A stretch of 32,000 bases of DNA from Desulfotalea psychrophila LSv54 (GTDB taxonomy: Bacteria > Desulfobacterota > Desulfobulbia > Desulfobulbales > Desulfocapsaceae): contig NC_006138.1 of assembly GCF_000025945.1 (NCBI RefSeq), positions 1,050,001-1,082,000 on the forward strand. The letters run 5' to 3'. The notes beneath the pieces were generated by a model that was given only the letters and a program-made list of their open reading frames with translations, was not told where the DNA came from and searched no databases. Shown piece by piece: positions 1 through 7,487 of the stretch (positions within the stretch are counted from its first letter, which is position 1; every line of letters begins with the position of its first letter). A program made the translations under genes and the position numbers.

Positions 1-67
1 TGTCGTAGCCCTTTTCGGCTACGGCCTTAAGAAGCGGGGCGGAGAGGCCCAGGGTGTTAAAACTCAT
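1..67 (-). CDS. DEAD-box RNA helicase (RhlE-like), first 22 codons only; the gene continues beyond the left edge
   Basis: The reverse strand from ATG at 67..65 reads MSFNTLGLSAPLLKAVAEKGYD. This is the typical N-terminus preceding the Q motif of RhlE-type helicases (E. coli RhlE begins [21 protein letters not shown], from memory). The fragment is too short for certainty. Confidence 0.45.
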   Translation of the reverse strand, partial: MSFNTLGLSAPLLKAVAEKGYD

Positions 68-313
68 AGTATTTTCTCTTGTTAATACGTAATATTTTAT
101 AAACCATCCACCAGTTCTTATTTGCTCGTGGACGGGTATATGACCATTCTTCTAATCAAACTGGATCAAGGGTCAATGTGGATGCCAGGTAAGAGTTGCT
201 TCATGTTTTGCGCCTGCCAGTATACACTATGCCTCTTCCATTTTAGCTATATTAATTTAAAGCAAAGATGGGGGAGCTTGAACGGCTAATGAACCTGTGC
301 TCTCTAGCATTTG

Positions 314-979
314 TTACATTTTTTTCTTTCTGCGATCAAACTCCTCTCTTGAGTCAATGCAGGTAGTTAAATCTTTTAAAATGCCATTTCTCAGGCTGTA
401 AATCCAACCGTGAATGGAAAGTTCAGCACCTTTTTTCCAGGCATTTTGAACGATGGTGGTATTGCAGACATTGGTTACCTGTTCAATGACATTGAGCTCA
501 CAGAGCAGGTTGAATTTTTTGTCGGGTTCAAGATCCTTAAGCTTGTCGGCATTGAGACGAATAACATCTTTAACATGACGAAGCCAGTTATCGATTAAGC
601 CATGCTCAGCATCTTCCATGGAGGCCTTGATACCACCGCAACCATAATGGCCACAGACAATAATGTGTTTCACCTTTAAAACGTCAACTGCATACTGTAG
701 TACCGAAAGGCAGTTGAGATCTGTATGGACGACAACGTTTGCAATATTGCGATGAACAAAGACATCGCCTGGTGGTAAATTTGTTATCTGGTTTGCAGGT
801 ACTCTGCTATCTGAGCAACCAATCCACAGGTAGTCAGGAGAGTGCTCTTTTGACAGCTGGGGGAAAAAATCAGGATCCCTCTCTTTGATCTTGTTGGCCC
901 ATTCCAGATTTCTCTCAAAGAGATGCTTTAATGTCTTCAAAACTTTATATTCTCCTCTCTCAATGCCAGTAAGGTTCAA
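314..979 (-). CDS. can: beta-class carbonic anhydrase (Can/YadF type)
   Basis: 221-aa ORF with zinc-ligand motifs CSDSRVP and HYGCGG. It is colinear with E. coli Can (LWIGCSDSRVP, FVHRNIANVV, HTDLNCLSVLQYAVDVL, IVCGHYGCGG). The ORF-track start at 979 is a TTG without an SD. An in-frame TTG at 940 follows GAGAGGAG and may be the true start. Confidence 0.9.
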   Translation of the reverse strand: MNLTGIERGEYKVLKTLKHLFERNLEWANKIKERDPDFFPQLSKEHSPDYLWIGCSDSRVPANQITNLPPGDVFVHRNIANVVVHTDLNCLSVLQYAVDVLKVKHIIVCGHYGCGGIKASMEDAEHGLIDNWLRHVKDVIRLNADKLKDLEPDKKFNLLCELNVIEQVTNVCNTTIVQNAWKKGAELSIHGWIYSLRNGILKDLTTCIDSREEFDRRKKKM

Positions 980-1830
980 TTCATCGTTGAGAATTATCCG
1001 TTGTTGGTATTCGCGACTCTATATACTCAGTTAGGCTTGATTCTGCTTGATATTTTAATGAGGTAACAGCTTATATCTCTTCTCTAACGAATCAAAATAT
1101 TACCGCATTTTTTGGCAATATTTGTAATGTGGTGGAATACGATCAGGTAGGTCTTCTTGTTTTTTCACCACTCTTTTTGTTAAATAAGGTATTTCTGATA
1201 TAGGATAGTGCAAGGGGAGGTCTTTTTTTAGCTGTGCTCTTCTCTTTTCGGGGCTAACCAGTATTGCTCATGTTCTGATAATTCCCAGGCAAAGTAGGTA
1301 AAATCTATATGGGTGCTGTTGGCGAGCTGGTCATGATTATAGAGTTTGATGATGAGTTCTCGAATAATGAAGATTATTGCTGGGGCAGTCATATTGTGCA
1401 GTCGGATGCGCTCTGCCTTGAACTAGTCGATAAAACTACGGAAGAGTTCGAGTATAAGCCAAAAAACTCGGATCCGTCACTGGATGGGAGAGAATCAGAT
1501 CAATTTGATCCCGACTGAGGAGCATCTTTGTGCTGACTGAGTCATATGTGGGGGTAGTATTTAATTTGTATTAAGGTTGGATTGGTTTTTGCTATAGGTG
1601 CTGATTGCCAATTATCGAGGGGCGCGGAGATACATGAGACGGATGTTTCTCAGTTGATATGTATCTACTGGTATGCAGGAGATCGTAGAAGAAATTGGCC
1701 TGAGGAGTACCTTGCCAAATAGTTTGTTGGCTTCTTGAGGAGTTTTCTTTTTTAAAGAGGCTGTTGTTGTATGTGCTTGTAAATCTTGTCTCCACCCGGA
1801 CACAAGGCCTTACAGTTAGAACATCGTAAA

Positions 1831-1864
1831 AGGAGAGGAGTTATAACTTATCCCCTCCTTTTTT
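1831..1864 (-). terminator. hairpin with flanking T/A runs downstream of the ADH pseudogene
   Basis: AGGAGAGGA (1831..1839) pairs with TCCCCTCCT (1851..1859) with one mismatch. T runs are available in both orientations. It lies 43 nt after the stop at 1907. Confidence 0.45.
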
Positions 1865-1906
1865 AATTACCTATTGGCTTGAAATTATGAGAAGGCAGTT
1901 TCGCCC

Positions 1907-3073
1907 TTAGAAGTTAATAGCTGTTCCGTCGTGACAGGCCTGGAAGTTGGCCTTGATCTCTGCAAATTCCGGTTTTCTTGGGTTGAAAAGGGTACAGGGA
2001 TCTTTCATTGCATTTTCAGTCAGCGTATCCAATTTTTCTTCCCACTCTTTTTCATCAATGCCATACTCTTTCAGTGAACCTGCAACGCCTGTTGATGCAC
2101 GCAGATCAGATACTTCCTGGGCAAAATCTTCAGCAGATGATTTACCGAATAAGGCTGCCAGGGCCTCATATTTGTCAGTTGCCTTGGAGTTGAAGCGAAT
2201 GACGTTAGGCATCAGGATGGCGTTGCCGCAACCGTGTGCTACTCCGAAGGTACCCCCATCTGATGGGACATGGCGTGAACAATTCCCAACCATACGTTGG
2301 TAAATGCCATACCTGCCATACAGGAGGCATCGTGCATTGCCTGGCGAGCGTCTAGATTATTTGGCTCTTCAACTGCAGTGGCAAGATTTTTGAAGACCAA
2401 CTCAATAGAACCCTTGGCCAAAGAGTCGTTATAACGGTCTGCAATATTAGATGCATAGGCTTCTACTCCATGACTCAGGGCATCAAGTCCGGTATTGGCA
2501 GTAACATGTTTAGGCATGCTGGCACAAAGCTCACCGTCAATAATAGCTACATCAGGGGTTAATTTGTGAGAGACGATAGGGTATTTTGTCCCTTTTGCTC
2601 TATCTGTAATCACGGCAAGACCTGTGACTTCGGTGCCGGTGCCACTCGTTGAGGGAATTGCAACGAAGATAGCCTTGTTGCGCATGGGCTTGACGGCGAA
2701 CGGAGCAGCCAGTTCTTCAAGCTTTGAATCTGGATACTCATAAAAAATCCACATTGCCTTGGCCGCATCAATTGCTGAACATCCACCTAAGCCGATGATA
2801 ATATCAGGCTGTTCCTGGGTGAAGAAATCAGCACCTAGCAAAACCGTTTCAATGGATGGATCTGCCTCTACACCGGAAAAAACAGCAGATGCAATATTTG
2901 CTTCAGATAAGAAATTCTGAGCTTTTGTCAAAACCCCGTTGTTCTTCACTGAGTTGCCACCGATAACAATAACTGCTTTGCTACCCTTTAACCCTTTAAC
3001 CCTTTAACCCTTTGAGATTCTCAAGAGTTCCTAGACCGTGAAAGATTTCTTTTGGGACGATAAACTTTGCCAT
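1907..3073 (-). pseudogene. iron-containing alcohol dehydrogenase (AdhE-C-terminal/PduQ/Bdh-like) broken by two frameshifts
   Basis: Three colinear minus-strand pieces rebuild one roughly 385-aa Fe-ADH. Piece 1: ATG 3073, MAKFIVPKEIFHGLGTLENLKGLKG then a stop. Piece 2: 2949..2239, VKNNG...GLGGCSAIDAAKAMW...PSTSGTGTEVT...TGLDALSHGVEAY...VHAMSHQMG. Piece 3: 2293..1907, GGTFGVAHGCGNAILMPNVIRFN... to the C-terminus. Frame breaks lie at the 8-bp repeat (2984..3015) and at a C5 run (2253..2257). SD AGGTAG lies upstream of ATG 3073. Confidence 0.8.
2984..3015. repeat. 8-bp direct tandem repeat CCCTTTAA x3 plus CCCTTTGA, inside the ADH pseudogene
   Basis: Read directly: ccctttaa ccctttaa ccctttaa ccctttga. 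On the coding strand, two units (ctc aaa ggg tta aag ggt agc) give the in-frame LKGLKGS. The four units present add 16 nt and shift the frame. Confidence 0.9.
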
Positions 3074-3472
3074 GATTTTCCTACCTCTTTTGTGTTAGTA
3101 GGTGCTGCTGTAAGAACAAAACCGGAATTGCTCCGATGATTCTTTGTTAAGCGATCTGTTCAGGATTAACGCGCTCAATCACTACTGCTTTTTTTTTCTC
3201 AGCCGATCATCGAATCAGGGTGCCTGGAGGCGTTAGCTTGCTTGAGAGGGGTATTAACATCTTTGGAAAGGGCCTGTAAAGTAGGCACCTTTTGGTGAGG
3301 CAGTATGGTTTTGGTTTTATAGTATGCAAAAGGTAACCGCCTTCTGTGTTGGATAAAATTGATCTAAAATTAGATAGTTGCTCGTCGGTGTCGAGGCTAG
3401 GAAAAAGCATGATTTTTTTCAAATTGTATGATATCTCCCTCGGTGGAGAGATAAAGAAATATTGTTCAAAAA

Positions 3473-3856
3473 ATGGTCTGGAAAAATTTTATGCCTGAGG
3501 ATAGGACACATAAGGTCAGCTGTAGTAGCTATGTATATGAGGTGGAGGTCGCCTTTGAGATGTTATCAGGAAAGTGGATACCGCTTATCGTCTGGACACT
3601 TTTAACAGAGGGGACGAAGAGATTTGGCGAACTAAGAAAGAAGATGCCGGCTGTAACTCAGAAGATGCTCACCCAGCAACTCCGGACGCTTGAGAGGCAT
3701 GGCATTGTCAGTTGAAAAGTTTACCCTGAGGTCCCACCCGTTGTTGAATACTCTTTGACAGAAATCGGTCAAAAATTATTGCCTATATTAAAAGACCTTA
3801 ACGGTTGGGCCGTAGAGTATTTATCAATTCGAAATGATAATGAGCTGAACGATTAG
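3473..3856 (+). pseudogene. HxlR-family transcriptional regulator with an in-frame TGA at codon 81
   Basis: 3473..3712 encodes ...LSGKWIPLIVWTLLTEGTKRFGELRKKMPAVTQKMLTQQLRTLERHGIVS, followed by TGA (3713..3715). The same frame continues KVYPEVPPVVEYSLTEIGQKLLPILKDLNGWAVEYL to TAG at 3854..3856. The stop sits where HxlR proteins have the conserved Arg (G-I/L-V-x-R-x-x-Y). This is consistent with CGA to TGA. Confidence 0.75.
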
Positions 3857-3973
3857 TTAGCCGCTCCATGCCCATGGGACGTGGTGAAAAATTATTTGAG
3901 CTGTGTGGTTAGAGAAAAAAAGCTTGACGATAACGTGTGGTTATTTTACCATATGATCAAACAAAGGAGTAAT

Positions 3974-4291
3974 ATGACAGAAAAACAAAAGGCATTAATA
4001 GAGGCAAAGGCAAATGTACTCAAGGCCCTGGGCCATCCCACCAGATTGTGGATGTCAGAGCAACTGGCCGATGGAGAAAAATGCGTCTGTGAGCTTGCCG
4101 CGTCAATAGATGCAGATTTTTCCACGGTCTCCAAACACCTTTTGGTGTTGAAGCAGGCTGGCGTTGTGGCAGATGAAAAACGGGGCAAACAGGTCTATTA
4201 TAGCCTCAGGGTTCCCTGTATCCTGAATTTCATGCCCTGTGTTGAGGCTGTGATAAAGGCAAAGGCAGAAGAGCATTTAAACTTACTGTAG
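3974..4291 (+). CDS. ArsR/SmtB-family metalloregulator with a CVC motif
   Basis: Winged-helix core LKALGHPTRLWMSEQLADGEKCVCELAASIDADFSTVSKHLLVLKQAGVV. The CVCEL motif resembles the As(III)-binding ELCVCDL of ArsR. ATG 3974 follows AGGAG. The upstream extension to 3881 is a GTG start and has no family support. Confidence 0.85.
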   Translation: MTEKQKALIEAKANVLKALGHPTRLWMSEQLADGEKCVCELAASIDADFSTVSKHLLVLKQAGVVADEKRGKQVYYSLRVPCILNFMPCVEAVIKAKAEEHLNLL

Positions 4292-4349
4292 TATTTTTTT
4301 TCTTAAACATTTGGTTAAAAGGCCAAGTGACAAAATGTGGTGATAGGAT

Positions 4350-5648
4350 ATGAACTGGAAAACCGAATGGAAGAGCCTTGGTTGGATTGTGGCGGTGTTT
4401 ATTGCATGCTTTTATCTGCCAGTGGGTAACCCACGATTTGACAATGCCATGCTGGAGGCCTTTCATCTGGTTAAGTGGTACGCCCAGGAACATGTTCTGC
4501 TCTGTCTTGTCCCGGCATTTTTTATCGCAGGGGCAATTGGTGTTTTTGTCAGTCAGGCGTCGGTTATGAAATACCTTGGCGCTGGAGCAAATAAGTTTCT
4601 TGCCTACGGTGTTGCCTCTGTTTCCGGTACAATTCTGGCAGTATGTTCCTGTACCATCCTTCCTCTCTTTGCCGGTATTTATCGTATGGGTGCTGGACTT
4701 GGGCCGGCCACCGCATTTCTCTATTCAGGTCCTGCCATTAATGTCCTGGCCATAGTCTTGACGGCAAATGTTCTCGGCCCTGAATTGGGCATTGCCCGTG
4801 GCATTGGTGCAATTTTCTTTAGTGTAATCATTGGCCTGTCAATGGCCTTTATTTTCAGAAAAGAGGAAAACAAGAAAATTGCCCTGCAGATGGCCATGCC
4901 GGTAGAAGAGGCAAGCCGGCCGCTCTGGAAGAACGGATTATACTTTTTTTCCATGGTGGCCATTCTTGTCTTTGTGAACTGGGGAAAGCCACAGGAAACG
5001 GAGGGGCTCTGGGCCGCAATTTACTCGGCAAAGTGGCTGGTCACCTCGGGTTTTGCCATAATGTTTGGCCTGATTTTAGTTCGCTGGTTCAAGATCGCCG
5101 CCTGGAAGGTGCTTGCTGTGGCGGCACTTGTGACAGCCGCAGCACTGGTTCTCCCGGCTCATCCAACCTTTGCCTTCACCATAGGCTTTATTGGCCTTTC
5201 AGTTATTACCAGTTGTGAAAGTGGTGAGGCAGGTGAGTGGTTTACCTCATCCTGGGGGTTTGCCAAGCAGATTTTACCGCTTCTCCTCATTGGTGTCCTC
5301 ATTGCGGGAGCACTCTTGGGCAGAGTTGGTAACGAGGGTTTGATTCCCTCTGAGTGGGTGGCAAGAGCCGTTGGCGGAAACTCTCTTCGGGCAAACTTCT
5401 TTGCCTCTTTCGCTGGAGCATTTATGTACTTTGCCACCCTTACCGAGGTGCCGATCTTGCAGGGACTGATCGGTAACGGTATGGGAAAAGGTCCGGCACT
5501 TGCCCTCTTGTTGGCGGGACCTGCCCTGAGTCTGCCCAATATGTTGGTGATACGAAGTGTCATAGGCACCAAGAAGACAGCTGTCTTTGTTGCTCTGGTA
5601 GTTGTTATGGCAACGATAAGCGGTATGATTTTTGGTACATATTATTAA
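4350..5648 (+). CDS. polytopic permease of the UPF0718/YraQ/ArsP-like family
   Basis: 432 aa and highly hydrophobic. It carries the vicinal-Cys segment GTILAVCSCTILPLFAG typical of this family (ArsP has a TPFCSCS-type motif, from memory). It sits immediately after an ArsR gene. Confidence 0.85.
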   Translation: MNWKTEWKSLGWIVAVFIACFYLPVGNPRFDNAMLEAFHLVKWYAQEHVLLCLVPAFFIAGAIGVFVSQASVMKYLGAGANKFLAYGVASVSGTILAVCSCTILPLFAGIYRMGAGLGPATAFLYSGPAINVLAIVLTANVLGPELGIARGIGAIFFSVIIGLSMAFIFRKEENKKIALQMAMPVEEASRPLWKNGLYFFSMVAILVFVNWGKPQETEGLWAAIYSAKWLVTSGFAIMFGLILVRWFKIAAWKVLAVAALVTAAALVLPAHPTFAFTIGFIGLSVITSCESGEAGEWFTSSWGFAKQILPLLLIGVLIAGALLGRVGNEGLIPSEWVARAVGGNSLRANFFASFAGAFMYFATLTEVPILQGLIGNGMGKGPALALLLAGPALSLPNMLVIRSVIGTKKTAVFVALVVVMATISGMIFGTYY

Positions 5649-5669
5649 TTCATTACATAGGAATAGAAA

Positions 5670-5900
5670 ATGAAAATTCAAATACTTGGACCTGGTTGTC
5701 CAAAATGTAAACAACTTGAAGAGGCGGCCGAGGTAGCGGCTCAGGAATTTGGTGCAGACTATCAGATTGAAAAAGTTTCAGATATAAATGAGATCATGAG
5801 CTTTGGGGTCATGATGACACCTGCAATTGCCGTTGATGGAGAGGTGAAGAGTGTGGGCAAGGTGCTGTCAAAGGATGAAATCATAGCCTTTTTAAAATAA
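5670..5900 (+). CDS. small thioredoxin-fold protein (redox-active disulfide protein 2 type)
   Basis: 76 aa: MKIQILGPGCPKCKQLEE...GVMMTPAIAVDGEV. It has a CPKC active site in the TM0996/MTH895-like glutaredoxin-like architecture. Confidence 0.85.
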   Translation: MKIQILGPGCPKCKQLEEAAEVAAQEFGADYQIEKVSDINEIMSFGVMMTPAIAVDGEVKSVGKVLSKDEIIAFLK

Positions 5901-5920
5901 ACGAAAGATTGGGGTAAACA

Positions 5921-6304
5921 ATGCTTCAGACAATACCAACCTGTGGGTGTAGCTGTAATAGTAGTGCTTCCAGATTAATATTTTCATGTTCCGGTTGTCA
6001 TGATGTGGGGGACTTATCGGATCGTGTTGCCCGTAAGATGGAAAAAGATGGTTTGGGTAAAATGGCATGTCTGGCCGGAATTGGTGGTCGGGTCAGTGGC
6101 CTTATGATGTCTGCCGAGGCCGCATCAGCAATAGTGGCAATCGATGGTTGTGCCCTTAACTGTGCTCAAAAAACCTTGTCACAGGCTGGCTTTGACCGGG
6201 TGACTCATCTCTGCCTTGCCGATTTGGCCTTCAAAATTGGTGGTACTGAGGTGACCGATGAGGCCATTGCCAGGGTTGTTCAACATGTAAATGATATCTC
6301 ATAG
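5921..6304 (+). CDS. DGC-domain (putative zinc-binding) protein
   Basis: 127 aa, Cys-rich (CGCSC, SCSGC) with the family-defining AIDGCALNCA segment. Confidence 0.7.
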   Translation: MLQTIPTCGCSCNSSASRLIFSCSGCHDVGDLSDRVARKMEKDGLGKMACLAGIGGRVSGLMMSAEAASAIVAIDGCALNCAQKTLSQAGFDRVTHLCLADLAFKIGGTEVTDEAIARVVQHVNDIS

Positions 6305-6355
6305 GAGGCGGATATTCTAATTAAGAAGGCATATTTAGTCCTGCTCACCCTTTTT

Positions 6356-6700
6356 ATGCTCTGCTTATCTGTGCCCTCTCTCTCCTTCGCCGAAGGCATG
6401 GACAGTAAACAGATACCGGTGCCGGGCATGGTAACCATGGTGGATATAGGTGCCAAAAAATGTATCCCATGCAAGATGATGGCACCCATCATTGAGGAGT
6501 TGCAGGTAGAGTATAAGGATCGGGTAGCTGTGATTTTTATTGATGTTTGGCAAAATCCTGAAAAGGGCAGAAGATTTGCCATAAACACTATCCCGACTCA
6601 AATATTTTACGATGATAAGGGCAAGGAGGTGCGGCGGCACGTCGGTTTTTTGGATAAAAAATCCATAGTGGCCATCTATGATGAGCTTGGGGTTAAGTAG
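6356..6700 (+). CDS. secreted thioredoxin-family thiol:disulfide oxidoreductase; the start is probably upstream at a non-ATG codon (6314 or 6320)
   Basis: CIPC active site (GAKKCIPCKMMAPI) and the cis-Pro region INTIPTQIFY. The first ATG gives only a truncated signal peptide. The in-frame upstream codons add (I)LIKKAYLVLLTLF directly after AGGAGG (6303..6308). Confidence 0.8.
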   Translation: MLCLSVPSLSFAEGMDSKQIPVPGMVTMVDIGAKKCIPCKMMAPIIEELQVEYKDRVAVIFIDVWQNPEKGRRFAINTIPTQIFYDDKGKEVRRHVGFLDKKSIVAIYDELGVK

Positions 6701-6703
6701 TTC

Positions 6704-7402
6704 ATGGATCAAATTTTTTTAACAATCAATAGCTGGATGAGCCAAGGCCTCTTACTGGGGGCACTTGGTTGTTTTTTATGGGGAATGGTGAGTGTGCTTT
6801 TCAGTCCCTGTCACTTAGCATCAATTCCATTAATTATCAGCTATGTTGCAGGAGAAAAGAGGGTAATAGCGGGTCGCCTGGCGACAATTTATGCCATTGT
6901 CTTTACCATCGGCCTCTTTATCACCATTGCGGTAATTGGAGTCATATGCTCATTGCTCGGCAGGATGTTGGGTGACGTCGGCCCTTATATGAATCTTGTG
7001 GTGGGGGCGATACTTCTCTGGGTCTCTCTGGATTTCTTAGGCATTGCGAAATGCTCGATTTCTGGTGGCTTGATGGCAAAGATGCAGGTTAGGGGGGTGC
7101 CAGGGGCATTTATCCTTGGTCTCTCCTACGGCATTCTCTCGGGCTCATGTACCTTTGGCTTTATTGCCCCTATACTTGCCATCATTACTGTGCAGGAACA
7201 GTTTGTTACCGGAGTGGTATTTATCATACTCTTTGGTCTTGGCCACTGTATGCCCATTGCTCTGGCGGGAAGTTCAGCTGCGCTGATAAAGAGCTGCCTC
7301 GCCAATAGTGTCTGGCAGAGGGGCAGTGTCATTTTTAGAAGGCTTGCCGGCCTCTGTATTGGTGGATTGGCTGTTTATTTCATAGGCGGCCCATGGCTTT
7401 AA
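6704..7402 (+). CDS. ccdA: CcdA/DsbD-family transmembrane thiol:disulfide electron transporter
   Basis: 232 aa, about 6 TM segments. Both conserved membrane-embedded cysteines are present (LFSPCHLASIPL and LSGSCTFGFIAP). Confidence 0.85.
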   Translation: MDQIFLTINSWMSQGLLLGALGCFLWGMVSVLFSPCHLASIPLIISYVAGEKRVIAGRLATIYAIVFTIGLFITIAVIGVICSLLGRMLGDVGPYMNLVVGAILLWVSLDFLGIAKCSISGGLMAKMQVRGVPGAFILGLSYGILSGSCTFGFIAPILAIITVQEQFVTGVVFIILFGLGHCMPIALAGSSAALIKSCLANSVWQRGSVIFRRLAGLCIGGLAVYFIGGPWL

Positions 7403-7487
7403 TGGGGTAAGTGTGGGCCCTCTGCGATGAGTCAGGGGGGAGAGGATTGGCCCCCCCTCCCCTGCGCCAAGATGGACCTATTCCCTG

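Noticed and set aside
1588-1611. A 15-nt match TTTGCTATAGGTGCT (+TGCCAA) shared with 25733..25756, as a possible dispersed repeat or IS end
   Set aside because: By rough estimate, about one chance 15-mer match is expected between two strands of a 32-kb window. The flanks do not align, and no transposase or terminal inverted repeats are present.
3210-3225. Sigma-54-like element upstream of the ADH pseudogene (minus strand AGGCACCCTGATTCGA)
   Set aside because: The -24 GGCAC is fine, but the -12 reads TTCG instead of TTGC, and no dyad enhancer lies upstream. It is not a credible site, or at best a decayed one.
3207-3422. 71-aa minus-strand ORF in the ADH/HxlR divergent intergenic region
   Set aside because: It has no motif and no SD. 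It occupies the likely shared promoter region, and its composition looks non-coding.
3713-3715. The TGA in HxlR as a selenocysteine codon
   Set aside because: It replaces a conserved Arg, not a Cys, in a DNA-binding winged helix. I see no obvious SECIS-like hairpin directly downstream. The neighbouring gene is also decayed.
4378-7332. Alternate-frame ORFs inside the permease, thioredoxin and CcdA genes (for example 5159..5572, 5274..5714, 6365..6712)
   Set aside because: They are embedded in well-supported coding sequence on other frames or strands, and their composition is typical of shadow ORFs.
7433-7464. G6/C7 hairpin between convergent ccdA and adh copy 1, as a terminator
   Set aside because: It is a short GC stem with an imperfect extension and no U tract in either orientation. 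It might still act as a barrier, but it cannot be supported as a canonical terminator.
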